Shown one piece after another: positions 47,951 through 57,461 of a DNA stretch of 64,000 nucleotides (the first letter of the stretch is position 1; every line of letters begins with the position of its first letter). The DNA is taken from NCBI GenBank assembly GCA_038046385.1, contig JBBSWH010000006.1, positions 129,009 to 193,008 on the forward strand. The letters are read 5' to 3'. The translations under genes were made by a program, and so were the position numbers. Below the pieces are notes generated by a model that made no database searches, was not told where the DNA came from, and saw nothing but the letters and a program-made list of their open reading frames with translations. The DNA comes from Nanobdellota archaeon. Lineage in GTDB: Archaea; Nanobdellota; Nanobdellia; Woesearchaeales; GW2011-AR4.

Positions 47951-48550
47951 TTATTCTTCTGTGAAGTCTTCCAGCTTGTTAGGTATGTCTTCCCCTTCCT
48001 TCAATTTTCCTTTTGCCTTCAAGAATTCCTTTGTAAGGATGTAAAACATAAGTCCAAGCGACTTCTTGCCTTTGTTGTTGCACGGCAAAGCCAGGTCAAT
48101 ATAGTTTGTCTGGTTGTTTGTATCACAAAGAGCGATTACCGGTATTCCTATTTTGACAGCATCAATTACTGCGTTTCTGTCAGGCCATGCATCTATAACG
48201 AACATCACTTTTGCTTCTGTGTATCTTTCAAGCTGCGGATTTGTCAGAATTCCAGGAGGATAACGCCCGGCGAAAACCCTTATTCCTGTCAATTTGCCGA
48301 AAAGCTCAACTGCTTTCCATCCGTTTTCCCTTCTGCTTACGATAAGAATGTCTTCAGGCTTGTACTGCGCCATGAAACTTGCAACTATTTTTATTCTTTC
48401 ATCAATTCTCTGGAGATTAAGAACAGACAATCCATCAGGCCTTGTTTTGTAAATGAAATCTTCCATGTACTTTGTCCTAAACTTTGTACCAATATGTATT
48501 CCTGATTTCAAATATACTTCTCTTGCTACTAAAAATTTGTCTTCTGTCAT
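47951..48550 (-). CDS. rps2: 30S ribosomal protein uS2 (archaeal type)
   Basis: YLKSGIHIGT, GRYPPGILTNP, IPVIALCDT, PCNNKG. Confidence 0.97.
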   Translation of the reverse strand: MTEDKFLVAREVYLKSGIHIGTKFRTKYMEDFIYKTRPDGLSVLNLQRIDERIKIVASFMAQYKPEDILIVSRRENGWKAVELFGKLTGIRVFAGRYPPGILTNPQLERYTEAKVMFVIDAWPDRNAVIDAVKIGIPVIALCDTNNQTNYIDLALPCNNKGKKSLGLMFYILTKEFLKAKGKLKEGEDIPNKLEDFTEE

Positions 48551-48868
48551 TTTAAACCTCAAAACAGTCCAGAACGCTGAACCGCTATTTTAGCCCGCAG
48601 TGCGAGATGACTTGCATCTCTGGGCAATACTATAGAGGATAGATTGTCGGTTTAAAAAGGTTTTGGAAGCAAAAGACGAGTAAAATTATATTTCTCGGCT
48701 ACCATCGCTCACATTATCTACATCAATAAAAAGAAAAAATTCCCACTGGAACTTCCTTTTTTCTGAATGTATAATTAAATTATGTTCGCATATTGATGGT
48801 AGCCTTATTTTCAAAAAACAGAGGCAAGCCTGCCTTTCAATCAAAAAAATAAAAAAAAACAAAAGAAA

Positions 48869-49255
48869 TTACTGTTCTTCGCCGAAGTTATCCGAGTCCT
48901 GATTGGAATACTGGTCCTCACTGGATGAATCCTGGCTAGGCTGCTCCTGCGGGTATCCCTGTTCCTGCTGCTGGCCGCCATCATCTGACGAAGCTTGCGC
49001 TTCACCGGTTGCCTGTCCAACAACTTCTGCAAAGCCTACTTTCTGAAGAACTCTTGTGACTCTTATTCTAACGTTATCTCCTGCCTTTGTACTTGGTACA
49101 AAAAGCACGAAACCGTCTTTCTTGGCTATTCCGTCTCCTTTCTCTCCAACAGCTTCTATCTTTACATCTAACTCGTCCCCAACCTTAACAGGGGCAAAAT
49201 TGCGCGGGGCAAAACCTCCTCCTCCACGTCCTCCACCAGATCTTTCATGTCTCAT
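48869..49255 (-). CDS. Single TRAM domain RNA chaperone with low-complexity tails
   Basis: APVKVGDELDVKIEAVGEKGDGIAK..GFVLFVP...GD.V.I.V..V. Confidence 0.9.
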   Translation of the reverse strand: MRHERSGGGRGGGGFAPRNFAPVKVGDELDVKIEAVGEKGDGIAKKDGFVLFVPSTKAGDNVRIRVTRVLQKVGFAEVVGQATGEAQASSDDGGQQQEQGYPQEQPSQDSSSEDQYSNQDSDNFGEEQ

Positions 49256-49339
49256 CTCAATACCTCTCTATGTTATTTTATATAGGGCGCCTTGGCGCAT
49301 ACCCTACAGATATAGGGATTAGTATATAAATATTGTGTG

Positions 49340-50074
49340 CTAAAAGCTGAAGCCCCCGTCTACACATATCACTTCACCGGTTATGTAGGAAGCCTTGTCA
49401 GAAGCCAAAAATCCAACTAAATTGGCAACATCTTCAGGCAATCCCGGCCTTCCTAAGGGAATCATGGCCATAATTATCTTTCTTCTTATGAACGGAACGC
49501 TTTTGGTCATTTGCGTATCAATAAAACCAGGGGCTACTGCGTTTACTGTTATTTTTCTTTTTCCAAGCTCCTTTGCAAGAGATTTTGTAAATCCTATTAT
49601 TCCTGCTTTGGAAGCTGCATAGTTTGTCTGGCCAAAATTACCGGAAATTCCTACAATTGAACTCATATTGATTATTTTGCTGCCATCTTTCATAACAGGC
49701 AATGCGTTCTTGCACATGTTGAAAACACTGTCAAGATTTGTTTTTATTACCGTATCCCACTGATGCTTTTCCATGTTCTTCAGGGTTTTATCAGACAATG
49801 CGCCTGCATTGTTCACAAGCACATCCACATTTCCAAATTTTTTCTTAACAATCTCTATCATTTCAGCGCAGTCATCGAATTTTGAAACATCTGCTTTTAC
49901 AGCTATTGAATCAACACCCAGTTTTTTTATTTCGCTCACAACAGCAACAGCTTCTTGCTCATCCCTGTAATAATTAACTATCACATTCATTCCGTTTTTT
50001 GCAAGCTCCATTGCAATCGCTCTTCCAATACCTTTTGAAGATCCTGTAACTAACGCAGTTTTTTTGTTTTCCAT
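49340..50074 (-). CDS. fabG: 3-oxoacyl reductase (FabG/PhaB-like SDR)
   Basis: TGSSKGIG, NNAG, GNFGQTNYAASK, VAPGFIDT.MT. Confidence 0.9.
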   Translation of the reverse strand: MENKKTALVTGSSKGIGRAIAMELAKNGMNVIVNYYRDEQEAVAVVSEIKKLGVDSIAVKADVSKFDDCAEMIEIVKKKFGNVDVLVNNAGALSDKTLKNMEKHQWDTVIKTNLDSVFNMCKNALPVMKDGSKIINMSSIVGISGNFGQTNYAASKAGIIGFTKSLAKELGKRKITVNAVAPGFIDTQMTKSVPFIRRKIIMAMIPLGRPGLPEDVANLVGFLASDKASYITGEVICVDGGFSF

Positions 50075-50080
50075 TTTACC

Positions 50081-51049
50081 TCAGCTTGTTTTAAACGCCG
50101 TAAAGTAGGCGCATTCTATTGTATAGTGAGTAGAATCCGCCATTGGATTGTTTGCAGCCAAATCACTGAACAATTTTTCTGCTGACATGACAATCAGTTT
50201 ATCTCTGTCTTCCTCTTCTTCAGGAGAAGGATCTTTTCCGCCTATTTCAGGAAGTATTCCTGCCTGAAGCCTTTTTACCCTTAAGAAATTCATCCAGTCT
50301 TTGTAAGCAACCTTAAAAGTTTTGAATTTTGGAATTTCAAATGTAAATTTTGCTGATTTTAATGCTTCAAGATACGTTTCAGCGGGCCTCGGATTCGGGA
50401 AAACGAATTTTTGCTGCTTATTTTCCATTTCTATTTTTTTATCCAAGCCTTCCTGATATTTTTTGAATCTTTTGTCGATGCGCACTATATCCAGTGCCAT
50501 CTCACGCACTTTTTTTATTGTATCATCAACCATTAACACTCCTTTTTTTCTGTTTTTATTGTCAATGTTTCCACTCTGGAAAGTAAAAGTTCCCTTCTTC
50601 TTTAAAGAATCATAGATGCCCCTGAAAGTTTCTTTGATGTCCGGTATAAGATGGACGGTGTTTGCGCACATAACATGGTCAGCAGCTTCTTCTCCGATAG
50701 TTTCTGCAAGCGTTGCATAACGGTCATTTGTTTTATTTAGGAGGAAACACTTAACATTTTCATCTGATTTGAAAATATCATGCGCATTTCCAAGCCACGC
50801 TGCCGAATTATCAACAATCCACAATTTGAAATTTTTATGAACTCTTTTTAGAAGCCTCAATGCGGAAACTCCAGTTCCTGCTCCAAAGTCAACAACAATT
50901 TCATCATTTTTTATCTTTGGATCCATTGCTTCCATTAACTCATCAAGGATTTCAGTATAGTAAGGTGCATCTACAACAGCTTCATGATATGCAATAGCTC
51001 CTTTCGAAACCTGACGATCCGGGTGCCATGGCTTTATTTCGTAAGTCAT
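50081..51049 (-). CDS. Class I SAM-dependent methyltransferase
   Basis: VVDFGAGTG motif I; embedded in the fab/thiolase operon. Confidence 0.8.
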   Translation of the reverse strand: MTYEIKPWHPDRQVSKGAIAYHEAVVDAPYYTEILDELMEAMDPKIKNDEIVVDFGAGTGVSALRLLKRVHKNFKLWIVDNSAAWLGNAHDIFKSDENVKCFLLNKTNDRYATLAETIGEEAADHVMCANTVHLIPDIKETFRGIYDSLKKKGTFTFQSGNIDNKNRKKGVLMVDDTIKKVREMALDIVRIDKRFKKYQEGLDKKIEMENKQQKFVFPNPRPAETYLEALKSAKFTFEIPKFKTFKVAYKDWMNFLRVKRLQAGILPEIGGKDPSPEEEEDRDKLIVMSAEKLFSDLAANNPMADSTHYTIECAYFTAFKTS

Positions 51050-51061
51050 TTTATCTTCTCC

Positions 51062-51108
51062 AGTATCATAAAAATTTTCTCTAAATTTTTAGGATCCCGA
51101 AAAATGCT
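51062..51108. repeat. 47-bp hairpin-containing repeat downstream of thiolase 1 (second copy 53696-53742)
   Basis: agtatcataaaaatttYctctaaatttttaggatcccgaaaaatgct, one mismatch between copies; taaaaattt/aaattttta stem. Confidence 0.85.
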
Positions 51109-52241
51109 CAACATTTTTCGAGGATGTGTACAGTAACAGAGCTTCCTGCACCGCCAATATTCTGCGCAAGGCCGTATTTGATGTTGCCAATCTGCCGTTC
51201 TCCAGCGAGTCCGCGCATCTGCTTTGCAAGCTCATATATCTGCGACAATCCAGTTGCGCTGATTGGATGGCCCTTTGCTTTAAGGCCGCCGCTTGTGTTA
51301 ACGGGCAGTTTTCCGTTGATATTGGTAAATCCTTCCCTTATAAGATTTTTTGCTTCTCCCGGCTTGCAAAAACCAAGGTCTTCATACGAAATAAGCTCCA
51401 CAGAGGTAAATGCATCATGCAGCTCTGCAATGTCAATATCGCTTGGTGAGATTCCGGCTTGTTTGTAAGCCTCTGCTGCAGATGCTCTTGAAGCATGCCA
51501 CGAAGTTAAATCATCACGCTCAAAAGGAGCAAGGAAATCAGTTTCATCAGCAGCTCCTATTATTTTGATGTCAGATTCATTTTTTGAAATAACGGCAGTT
51601 GCAGCGCCGTTTGCAGGTATGCTGCAGTCAAACAATCTCAATGGAGAAGCAACTACCGGAGATTTTTTTATTTCTTCCAATGTAACATTTTTCCTGTAAA
51701 ATCTTGCTTTGGGATTCATATATGCGTTATTGTGATTTTTAAAAGCAACAAGCGCAAGATCATCCATCGTAACATTGTGCTTTATCATGTACTGCTGCGC
51801 AACCAACGCATTTTCGGCTGGAAAATTCATGCCTTCGGATTGCTCATAGATTCTTTCTGTTCCCATAAGCATTTCGTCTGTGATTCTTTTTCCAATATTA
51901 GTTACCATTTTTTCAAATGATACTACGAGTATGTTTTTGTAATTGCTTGTCTTGTGTATTTGAGTGGCTGTCCACAATGCTGTTCCCCCTCCTGAACATC
52001 CTGCAGGAACAGATAGTATTGGCATTTTTTTCTGGAAAAGGCTGCTTAACATAGAAGAACTATGGCGCTGTCGCTCTCCATTGCTTATGATATCGTTATT
52101 GGAAACAACAACTGCGTCAATTTCATTCATTGAAAGGCTGGAATCATCAAGCGCTTCCATGACTGCTTCATGCACCAGATGGCTTGATGCAGCTTCATCT
52201 ATGCTAAACCTGGTCATGCCAACCCCTTTTATGAACATCAC
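51108..52241 (-). CDS. Thiolase (archaeal/SCP2-type) 1
   Basis: AGCSGGG active Cys, ELHDAF, GHPISATG, QNIGG. Confidence 0.92.
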   Translation of the reverse strand: MMFIKGVGMTRFSIDEAASSHLVHEAVMEALDDSSLSMNEIDAVVVSNNDIISNGERQRHSSSMLSSLFQKKMPILSVPAGCSGGGTALWTATQIHKTSNYKNILVVSFEKMVTNIGKRITDEMLMGTERIYEQSEGMNFPAENALVAQQYMIKHNVTMDDLALVAFKNHNNAYMNPKARFYRKNVTLEEIKKSPVVASPLRLFDCSIPANGAATAVISKNESDIKIIGAADETDFLAPFERDDLTSWHASRASAAEAYKQAGISPSDIDIAELHDAFTSVELISYEDLGFCKPGEAKNLIREGFTNINGKLPVNTSGGLKAKGHPISATGLSQIYELAKQMRGLAGERQIGNIKYGLAQNIGGAGSSVTVHILEKC

Positions 52242-53680
52242 TTTATCACTCTTGAAAGCAATTTTTGCATTTTTGTTTTTACTTTGTCTATGTTGGTTAT
52301 CTTTGGGGCGCCTTCTGTTGTAAGCAGCTTCTTCAGCAAAATCAGCTGCTCAACGCTGTCAGTTTCTTCATTTATTGATGCGAATCCAAGGCCCATGCTT
52401 TCAAACTTGTTTATTGCGCAGTTTCCAAGAACAACAACCCTCTGCTTTTCTTTCAGAACGTTTGGATCAAGACAGGAGCCTATTGCAATATACAGCTCAT
52501 TTCCCCTTATCCCTATAAGTTTTGAAGTAAGGCTGTACATGAGATTCAAACATGCAGGGCACGCTTTTCCATCAATAACTTTTATGTCAGAATGCGGAGT
52601 TTCATGCAATGATGGCTGTTTTATCGGATATTTTAATGCTTCAATTTCATTTCCGACAGTCTCTATTTTTTTAGCGCTTAAACTGTCAGAAACATAATGC
52701 GGGACAGGAAGCATGCATACTTCACAAAAAGCAGCATCAACTGCAGCAGGAGTTTTCCCTGCAAAAATCAAACTCAAAAAAGCAGGCTCTCCTAAATGCA
52801 GCGGGCCTTGGCCCTGCATTCCGTTGGATGCATCTGCAACCGTTATCACATTTTTCAAAGCATCGACAAGCTTTGGCAGTGTTTTTTCGATGTCGTTTTG
52901 GTACATCTCTCTTTGAGTTTTTTCATCACATAATCTTGAAAGGTTTTCCATTGCGCCGCTTATTCCAATTTGAAAATTTGTTTTCATGATTGGAGCATTT
53001 ATTATCTTCCTCTCAATTGCTTCCTTGAAAACGCTGAATTTCATGTTTCCATGCTCAACAGTTTCAAACGGCCCTTTTGAAATATCTGCAAATACAATCT
53101 CATTTTTCCTGCAGACTTCAAGAATCCCGGCTTTGGAAGCAGTGTCCATCACATCAAATCCTATTAATGCCTGTTCTGCAACAAGAATATTTTCTTTTTT
53201 TATTCCCTTTTCAATCAGAATCTTAATCAAAGCATCAAGGAATTCTGGATTTGTATTGACTGTTTGATATGGATATGCTGCCGATACAACTGAAGGCTTA
53301 ATAAGCACTCTGTCGCTTTCAGAAATTTCCAAACCTTTCAAAAGGCCAATCGCTTCTTTGATTGCTTCATAAACATCATATTTTATTCTTGTTATTGCAA
53401 CAGCATCGTCTGTTTTAGCATTTTCAATATTAAACAAGTCTCCTATCTTGTAGTCTTTCATGGTTTTTCTTGGAATTTTATTGCCATGCTCATCTTCAAG
53501 AAGCGCTATGTTATACGGGACTATTGGGTGCATTGGAGATGCTATCATAACTTTAGTAAACCCAATTACTTTTAGTTTTGAACCAAGCTGTTTTGAAATC
53601 TGACCTTTGCAAAAAGCACACTTCTCAACAGGGTAAATCCATTTCTTATTGCATTTTTCACAAATCCACCGTATTATCAT
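52238..53680 (-). CDS. DUF35-like Zn-ribbon/OB domain fused to a DUF362 domain
   Basis: N-terminal CEKC...CAFC + PYNIALLE OB fold; VLIKPS...TNPE, IINAPIMKT, GQGP..GEP, D-x-A and CPAC of DUF362. Confidence 0.75.
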   Translation of the reverse strand: MIIRWICEKCNKKWIYPVEKCAFCKGQISKQLGSKLKVIGFTKVMIASPMHPIVPYNIALLEDEHGNKIPRKTMKDYKIGDLFNIENAKTDDAVAITRIKYDVYEAIKEAIGLLKGLEISESDRVLIKPSVVSAAYPYQTVNTNPEFLDALIKILIEKGIKKENILVAEQALIGFDVMDTASKAGILEVCRKNEIVFADISKGPFETVEHGNMKFSVFKEAIERKIINAPIMKTNFQIGISGAMENLSRLCDEKTQREMYQNDIEKTLPKLVDALKNVITVADASNGMQGQGPLHLGEPAFLSLIFAGKTPAAVDAAFCEVCMLPVPHYVSDSLSAKKIETVGNEIEALKYPIKQPSLHETPHSDIKVIDGKACPACLNLMYSLTSKLIGIRGNELYIAIGSCLDPNVLKEKQRVVVLGNCAINKFESMGLGFASINEETDSVEQLILLKKLLTTEGAPKITNIDKVKTKMQKLLSRVIK

Positions 53681-53741
53681 TATTTCACCTTTTCAAGTAT
53701 CATAAAAATTTCCTCTAAATTTTTAGGATCCCGAAAAATGC

Positions 53742-54860
53742 TTAGCATTTTTCCAGGATATGAACCGTAACTGTGCTTCCTGCACCGCCAATATTCTGCG
53801 CAAGGCCGTATTTGATGTTGCCAATCTGCCGTTCTCCAGCGAGTCCGCGCATCTGCTTTGCAAGCTCATATATCTGCGACAATCCAGTTGCGCTGATTGG
53901 ATGGCCCTTTGCTTTAAGGCCGCCGCTTGTGTTAACGGGCAGTTTTCCGTTGATATTGGTAAATCCTTCCCTTATAAGATTTTTTGCTTCTCCCGGCTTG
54001 CAAAAACCAAGGTCTTCATACGAAATAAGCTCCACAGAGGTAAATGCATCATGCAGCTCTGCAATGTCAATATCGCTTGGTGAGATTCCGGCTTGTTTGT
54101 AGGCTTCCTGCGCTGTAATCTTGGATGCAGGCCATGTTGTCATATCTTCACTTTCAAAAGAAGATAATCTATCAACGCACAATGAAGAAGCTTTGATTTC
54201 AATATCACTTTTATCTTTTGACAACACCGCAGCCGCGGCCCCGTTTACAGAAAGGCTGCAGTCAAAAAGTCTTAATGGAGAAGCAACTACCGGAGACTTT
54301 TGGATTTGCTTTAAAGTAACTGCTTTTTTGTAGAACTTAGCTTTAGGATTCATGTAAGCATTCTGATGGTTCTTGAAAGCCACAAGCGCAAGGTCATCCA
54401 TAGTTGCCTTGTATCTCATCATGTATTGCTGCGCAACAAGCGCATTCTGAGCCGGAAAATTCAAGCCTTCAGATTGCTCGTAGATTCTTTCAGCAGCCAT
54501 CATGATTTCATCTGTTAGCCTTGGAGATGTGTTAGTTAGTAGTTTTTCAACCCCAACAACAAGGATATTGTTATAATTCATTTTTCCTGCTGTCCACAAA
54601 GCTGCACCTCCGCCGCCGCAGACTGCAGTTGAGTTGAGAATCGGAACCTTTTTCTTAAGAATGCTGCTAAGGACGCATGCAAAAAGACGCTGGCGTTCGC
54701 CCGTGCTTTCGTTGTCAATTGAGGAAACAACAACCGCATCAATATCTTCCATTGAAATATTGGAATCTTCAACAGCTTCAACTGCAGCTTCATAGACAAG
54801 CGCCTGGCTTGTGCTCTGCTGCGAACCGAACTTTGTCATTCCAACCCCTTTTATGAACAT
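53742..54860 (-). CDS. Thiolase (archaeal/SCP2-type) 2
   Basis: AVCGGGG active Cys, ELHDAF, GHPISATG. Confidence 0.92.
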   Translation of the reverse strand: MFIKGVGMTKFGSQQSTSQALVYEAAVEAVEDSNISMEDIDAVVVSSIDNESTGERQRLFACVLSSILKKKVPILNSTAVCGGGGAALWTAGKMNYNNILVVGVEKLLTNTSPRLTDEIMMAAERIYEQSEGLNFPAQNALVAQQYMMRYKATMDDLALVAFKNHQNAYMNPKAKFYKKAVTLKQIQKSPVVASPLRLFDCSLSVNGAAAAVLSKDKSDIEIKASSLCVDRLSSFESEDMTTWPASKITAQEAYKQAGISPSDIDIAELHDAFTSVELISYEDLGFCKPGEAKNLIREGFTNINGKLPVNTSGGLKAKGHPISATGLSQIYELAKQMRGLAGERQIGNIKYGLAQNIGGAGSTVTVHILEKC

Positions 54861-54869
54861 AGAAACACC

Positions 54870-55361
54870 TTAATTGGAATATCTTTCCCTAAACTCCGTT
54901 CTGTTTACTATCGCCAGCATTATAAGGGCTTCTGCTGCACACACTCCTTTTACAAAAGCCTTGCCCTTTAAGATAGCGCCCCTTTCATCCTGCGCTATTA
55001 GGTCAAGCTCAAATCTTGCTTCATCACCTGGGAGTATTGGAGAATTAAATTTAACCTCTTTTAACCTATAGGCAAGAACATCTTTTTCATGATGGTTTGG
55101 AATATTGCTTCTTGCAAGCAAAGTAGCTGCCTGACCCATTCCTTCAACGGTTAAAGCGCCCGGCATTATGGGGAAACCAACAAAATGACCTTTTAGAAAA
55201 TCTTCATTGCTTTTTACTTTCTTAACAGCCACTATCCTATTGCTGCTCAACTCCAAAACCCGATCTATAAATAGAAAATGCTCATTGTAAGGGATTATCT
55301 TCTTGATGTTTTCTGTATTTATTTCGCCTTTTTCGTCCTTTAGCTCGCTGAAATGAGTCAT
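54870..55361 (-). CDS. fabZ: 3-hydroxyacyl dehydratase FabZ
   Basis: FLFIDRV, GHFVGFPIMPGAL.VEGMGQ, PGD. Confidence 0.92.
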   Translation of the reverse strand: MTHFSELKDEKGEINTENIKKIIPYNEHFLFIDRVLELSSNRIVAVKKVKSNEDFLKGHFVGFPIMPGALTVEGMGQAATLLARSNIPNHHEKDVLAYRLKEVKFNSPILPGDEARFELDLIAQDERGAILKGKAFVKGVCAAEALIMLAIVNRTEFRERYSN

Positions 55362-55513
55362 ATTATCTTTCCACTTAATCTTTAGTCAATTTAAATAACT
55401 TTCTCCTTCAATAGTTTTTAATAGTTATTTTATAAAATATATTTTAATTTATATATTTTTAAGCACGAAACCCCGCAAAATGTTTATAAAACAAGTAATA
55501 AGATAAGATACTC

Positions 55514-57430
55514 ATGCTAAAGGGCAAAAAAGCAAAAATTAGGTTAGGAATAAGAAAAAAACTACTCATAAACAGCCTTAATATCGCACTAAAGCCAGTT
55601 GAAAAAGCATTCTCTTTTGGAAAGAACTCGGCAATTAAAGCAAAAGAGCAATTTCCTGCGATTTACAGGTATTTTGACGGAATAGTAAAACAACACGTAA
55701 TAACTCCAGGCATGAGCCTCTTCACAACAAAAAAATTCGGAGATATTGGCAATTTTATAACAGCAAGCGTGATGAAAAGAATTCCGCATGTGGACGAATC
55801 AAAGGTTGCCGAAATCCTGAACAATCCAGCTGATAAATCACTTCTTGAGACTTTTACAAAAGGACTCGGACCATGGAAAAAAAGATCATATACTGTACTT
55901 GGCAATGAACGATTCAAAAAAGTCCTTATAGCAAATAGGGGAGAAATTGCTTTAAGAATTATAAGGGCATGCCGTGAACTTAACATCGAAAGCGTTGTAA
56001 TATACTCGGATGAAGAAGTAGATTCTCTTTTGGTAAAGTTTGCAGACAGGGCATACAATATAGGCAAGCCTAAAAACTACCTCAATATAAGAAAAATAGT
56101 CAGGATTGCTAAAAAATCAGGATGCGATGCAATACATCCCGGATATGGATTTCTTTCAGAGAACCCAAAATTTGCAAGTATATGTGAGAAAAAAGGTATT
56201 AAGTTTATAGGACCATCTTCAAAAATGATAGAAAGCCTTGGAGATAAGGTTGAAGCAAAGAAGGCAATGCTAAAAGCAAATATTCCTGTAATTGAAGGGG
56301 TCAAACAGGATTTGAAAAGCAAGGGACACGCTTTGAAGGTTGCAAGGGGGGTTGGATTTCCTGTAATAATCAAGGCATCGGCAGGAGGCGGGGGAAAAGG
56401 AATGAGGATTGTGACAAAGGAAGAAGAAATAGGAGACTCTTTTGACAATGCCCAAAAAGAGGCAATGAATGCTTTCGGAGACTCTTCTGTTTACATAGAG
56501 AGCTATCTTGAAGACCCACGCCATGTCGAATTTCAGATACTGGCAGATAGATACGGGAATGTTGTACATCTTGGGGAGAGGGACTGCAGCATACAGAGAA
56601 GGCATCAAAAACTTGTTGAAGAATCACCAAGCCCAGCTTTGGACCAGGAGTTAAGGGAAAAGATGGGCGCAGCTGCTGTAAATGCAGTAAAATCAGTAGG
56701 ATATGAGGGAGCAGGCACAGTTGAATTTTTGCTTGACAAGAGCAAAAACTTCTATTTCATAGAAATGAATACCAGGATACAGGTTGAGCATGGAGTAACT
56801 GAGATGGTTACGGGTGTTGATCTTGTAAAGGAGCAGATAAAAATAGCAGAGGGCGCAAGACTTACATTTAGGCAGGAAGACATAAAGATACAAGGATATG
56901 CAATAGAATGCAGGATAAATGCAGAAGACCCGTCAAACGGATTCGTACCATCTCCAGGAACAATTGTCAATTATCTTCCTCCAGGAGGGCCAGGAATCCG
57001 TGTTAGCAGCGTTGCACATGCAGGATACAAGATATTACCTCAGTTTGATTCCCTTATTGCATTGCTTATATGCCATGGAAGAACAAGAAATGAGGCAATC
57101 ATAAGGATGAAGAGGTCACTTGATGAATTCATAATAGAAGGGGTCAAGACAACAATTCCATTCCATAAAGCAGTGTTAAGCAAGAGGCAATTTGCAAGAG
57201 GAAGCATAAACACTTCTTTCATAGCAAACAACAAGATAGTGGAAGAACTGAAGACAATGAAGCCAAGGAAGCAAAAACTCCCAAAAGACAAAAGAGTTAT
57301 CATTGTGACAACAGCAGTTGCGCAGTATCTTGCAAAGAAAAACAACAATAATCATCACCAACAAAAACATAATCCATGGGTAACTGCATCAAGGCACGAA
57401 TCAACAAACGAAGGAACTCTCGAAGAATAA
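55514..57430 (+). CDS. accC: Biotin carboxylase with N- and C-terminal extensions
   Basis: KVLIANRGEIA, HPGYGFLSEN, GGGGKGMR, ERDCSIQRRHQK, EMNTRIQVEH. Confidence 0.95.
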   Translation: MLKGKKAKIRLGIRKKLLINSLNIALKPVEKAFSFGKNSAIKAKEQFPAIYRYFDGIVKQHVITPGMSLFTTKKFGDIGNFITASVMKRIPHVDESKVAEILNNPADKSLLETFTKGLGPWKKRSYTVLGNERFKKVLIANRGEIALRIIRACRELNIESVVIYSDEEVDSLLVKFADRAYNIGKPKNYLNIRKIVRIAKKSGCDAIHPGYGFLSENPKFASICEKKGIKFIGPSSKMIESLGDKVEAKKAMLKANIPVIEGVKQDLKSKGHALKVARGVGFPVIIKASAGGGGKGMRIVTKEEEIGDSFDNAQKEAMNAFGDSSVYIESYLEDPRHVEFQILADRYGNVVHLGERDCSIQRRHQKLVEESPSPALDQELREKMGAAAVNAVKSVGYEGAGTVEFLLDKSKNFYFIEMNTRIQVEHGVTEMVTGVDLVKEQIKIAEGARLTFRQEDIKIQGYAIECRINAEDPSNGFVPSPGTIVNYLPPGGPGIRVSSVAHAGYKILPQFDSLIALLICHGRTRNEAIIRMKRSLDEFIIEGVKTTIPFHKAVLSKRQFARGSINTSFIANNKIVEELKTMKPRKQKLPKDKRVIIVTTAVAQYLAKKNNNNHHQQKHNPWVTASRHESTNEGTLEE

Positions 57431-57461
57431 GTTTATAATTTTGTATTCTATACACTAAACC

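Noticed and set aside
57341-57372. Asn/His/Gln run (NNNNHHQQKH) in accC as a phase-variable repeat
   Set aside because: Mixed codons, not a perfect simple repeat; likely a linker.
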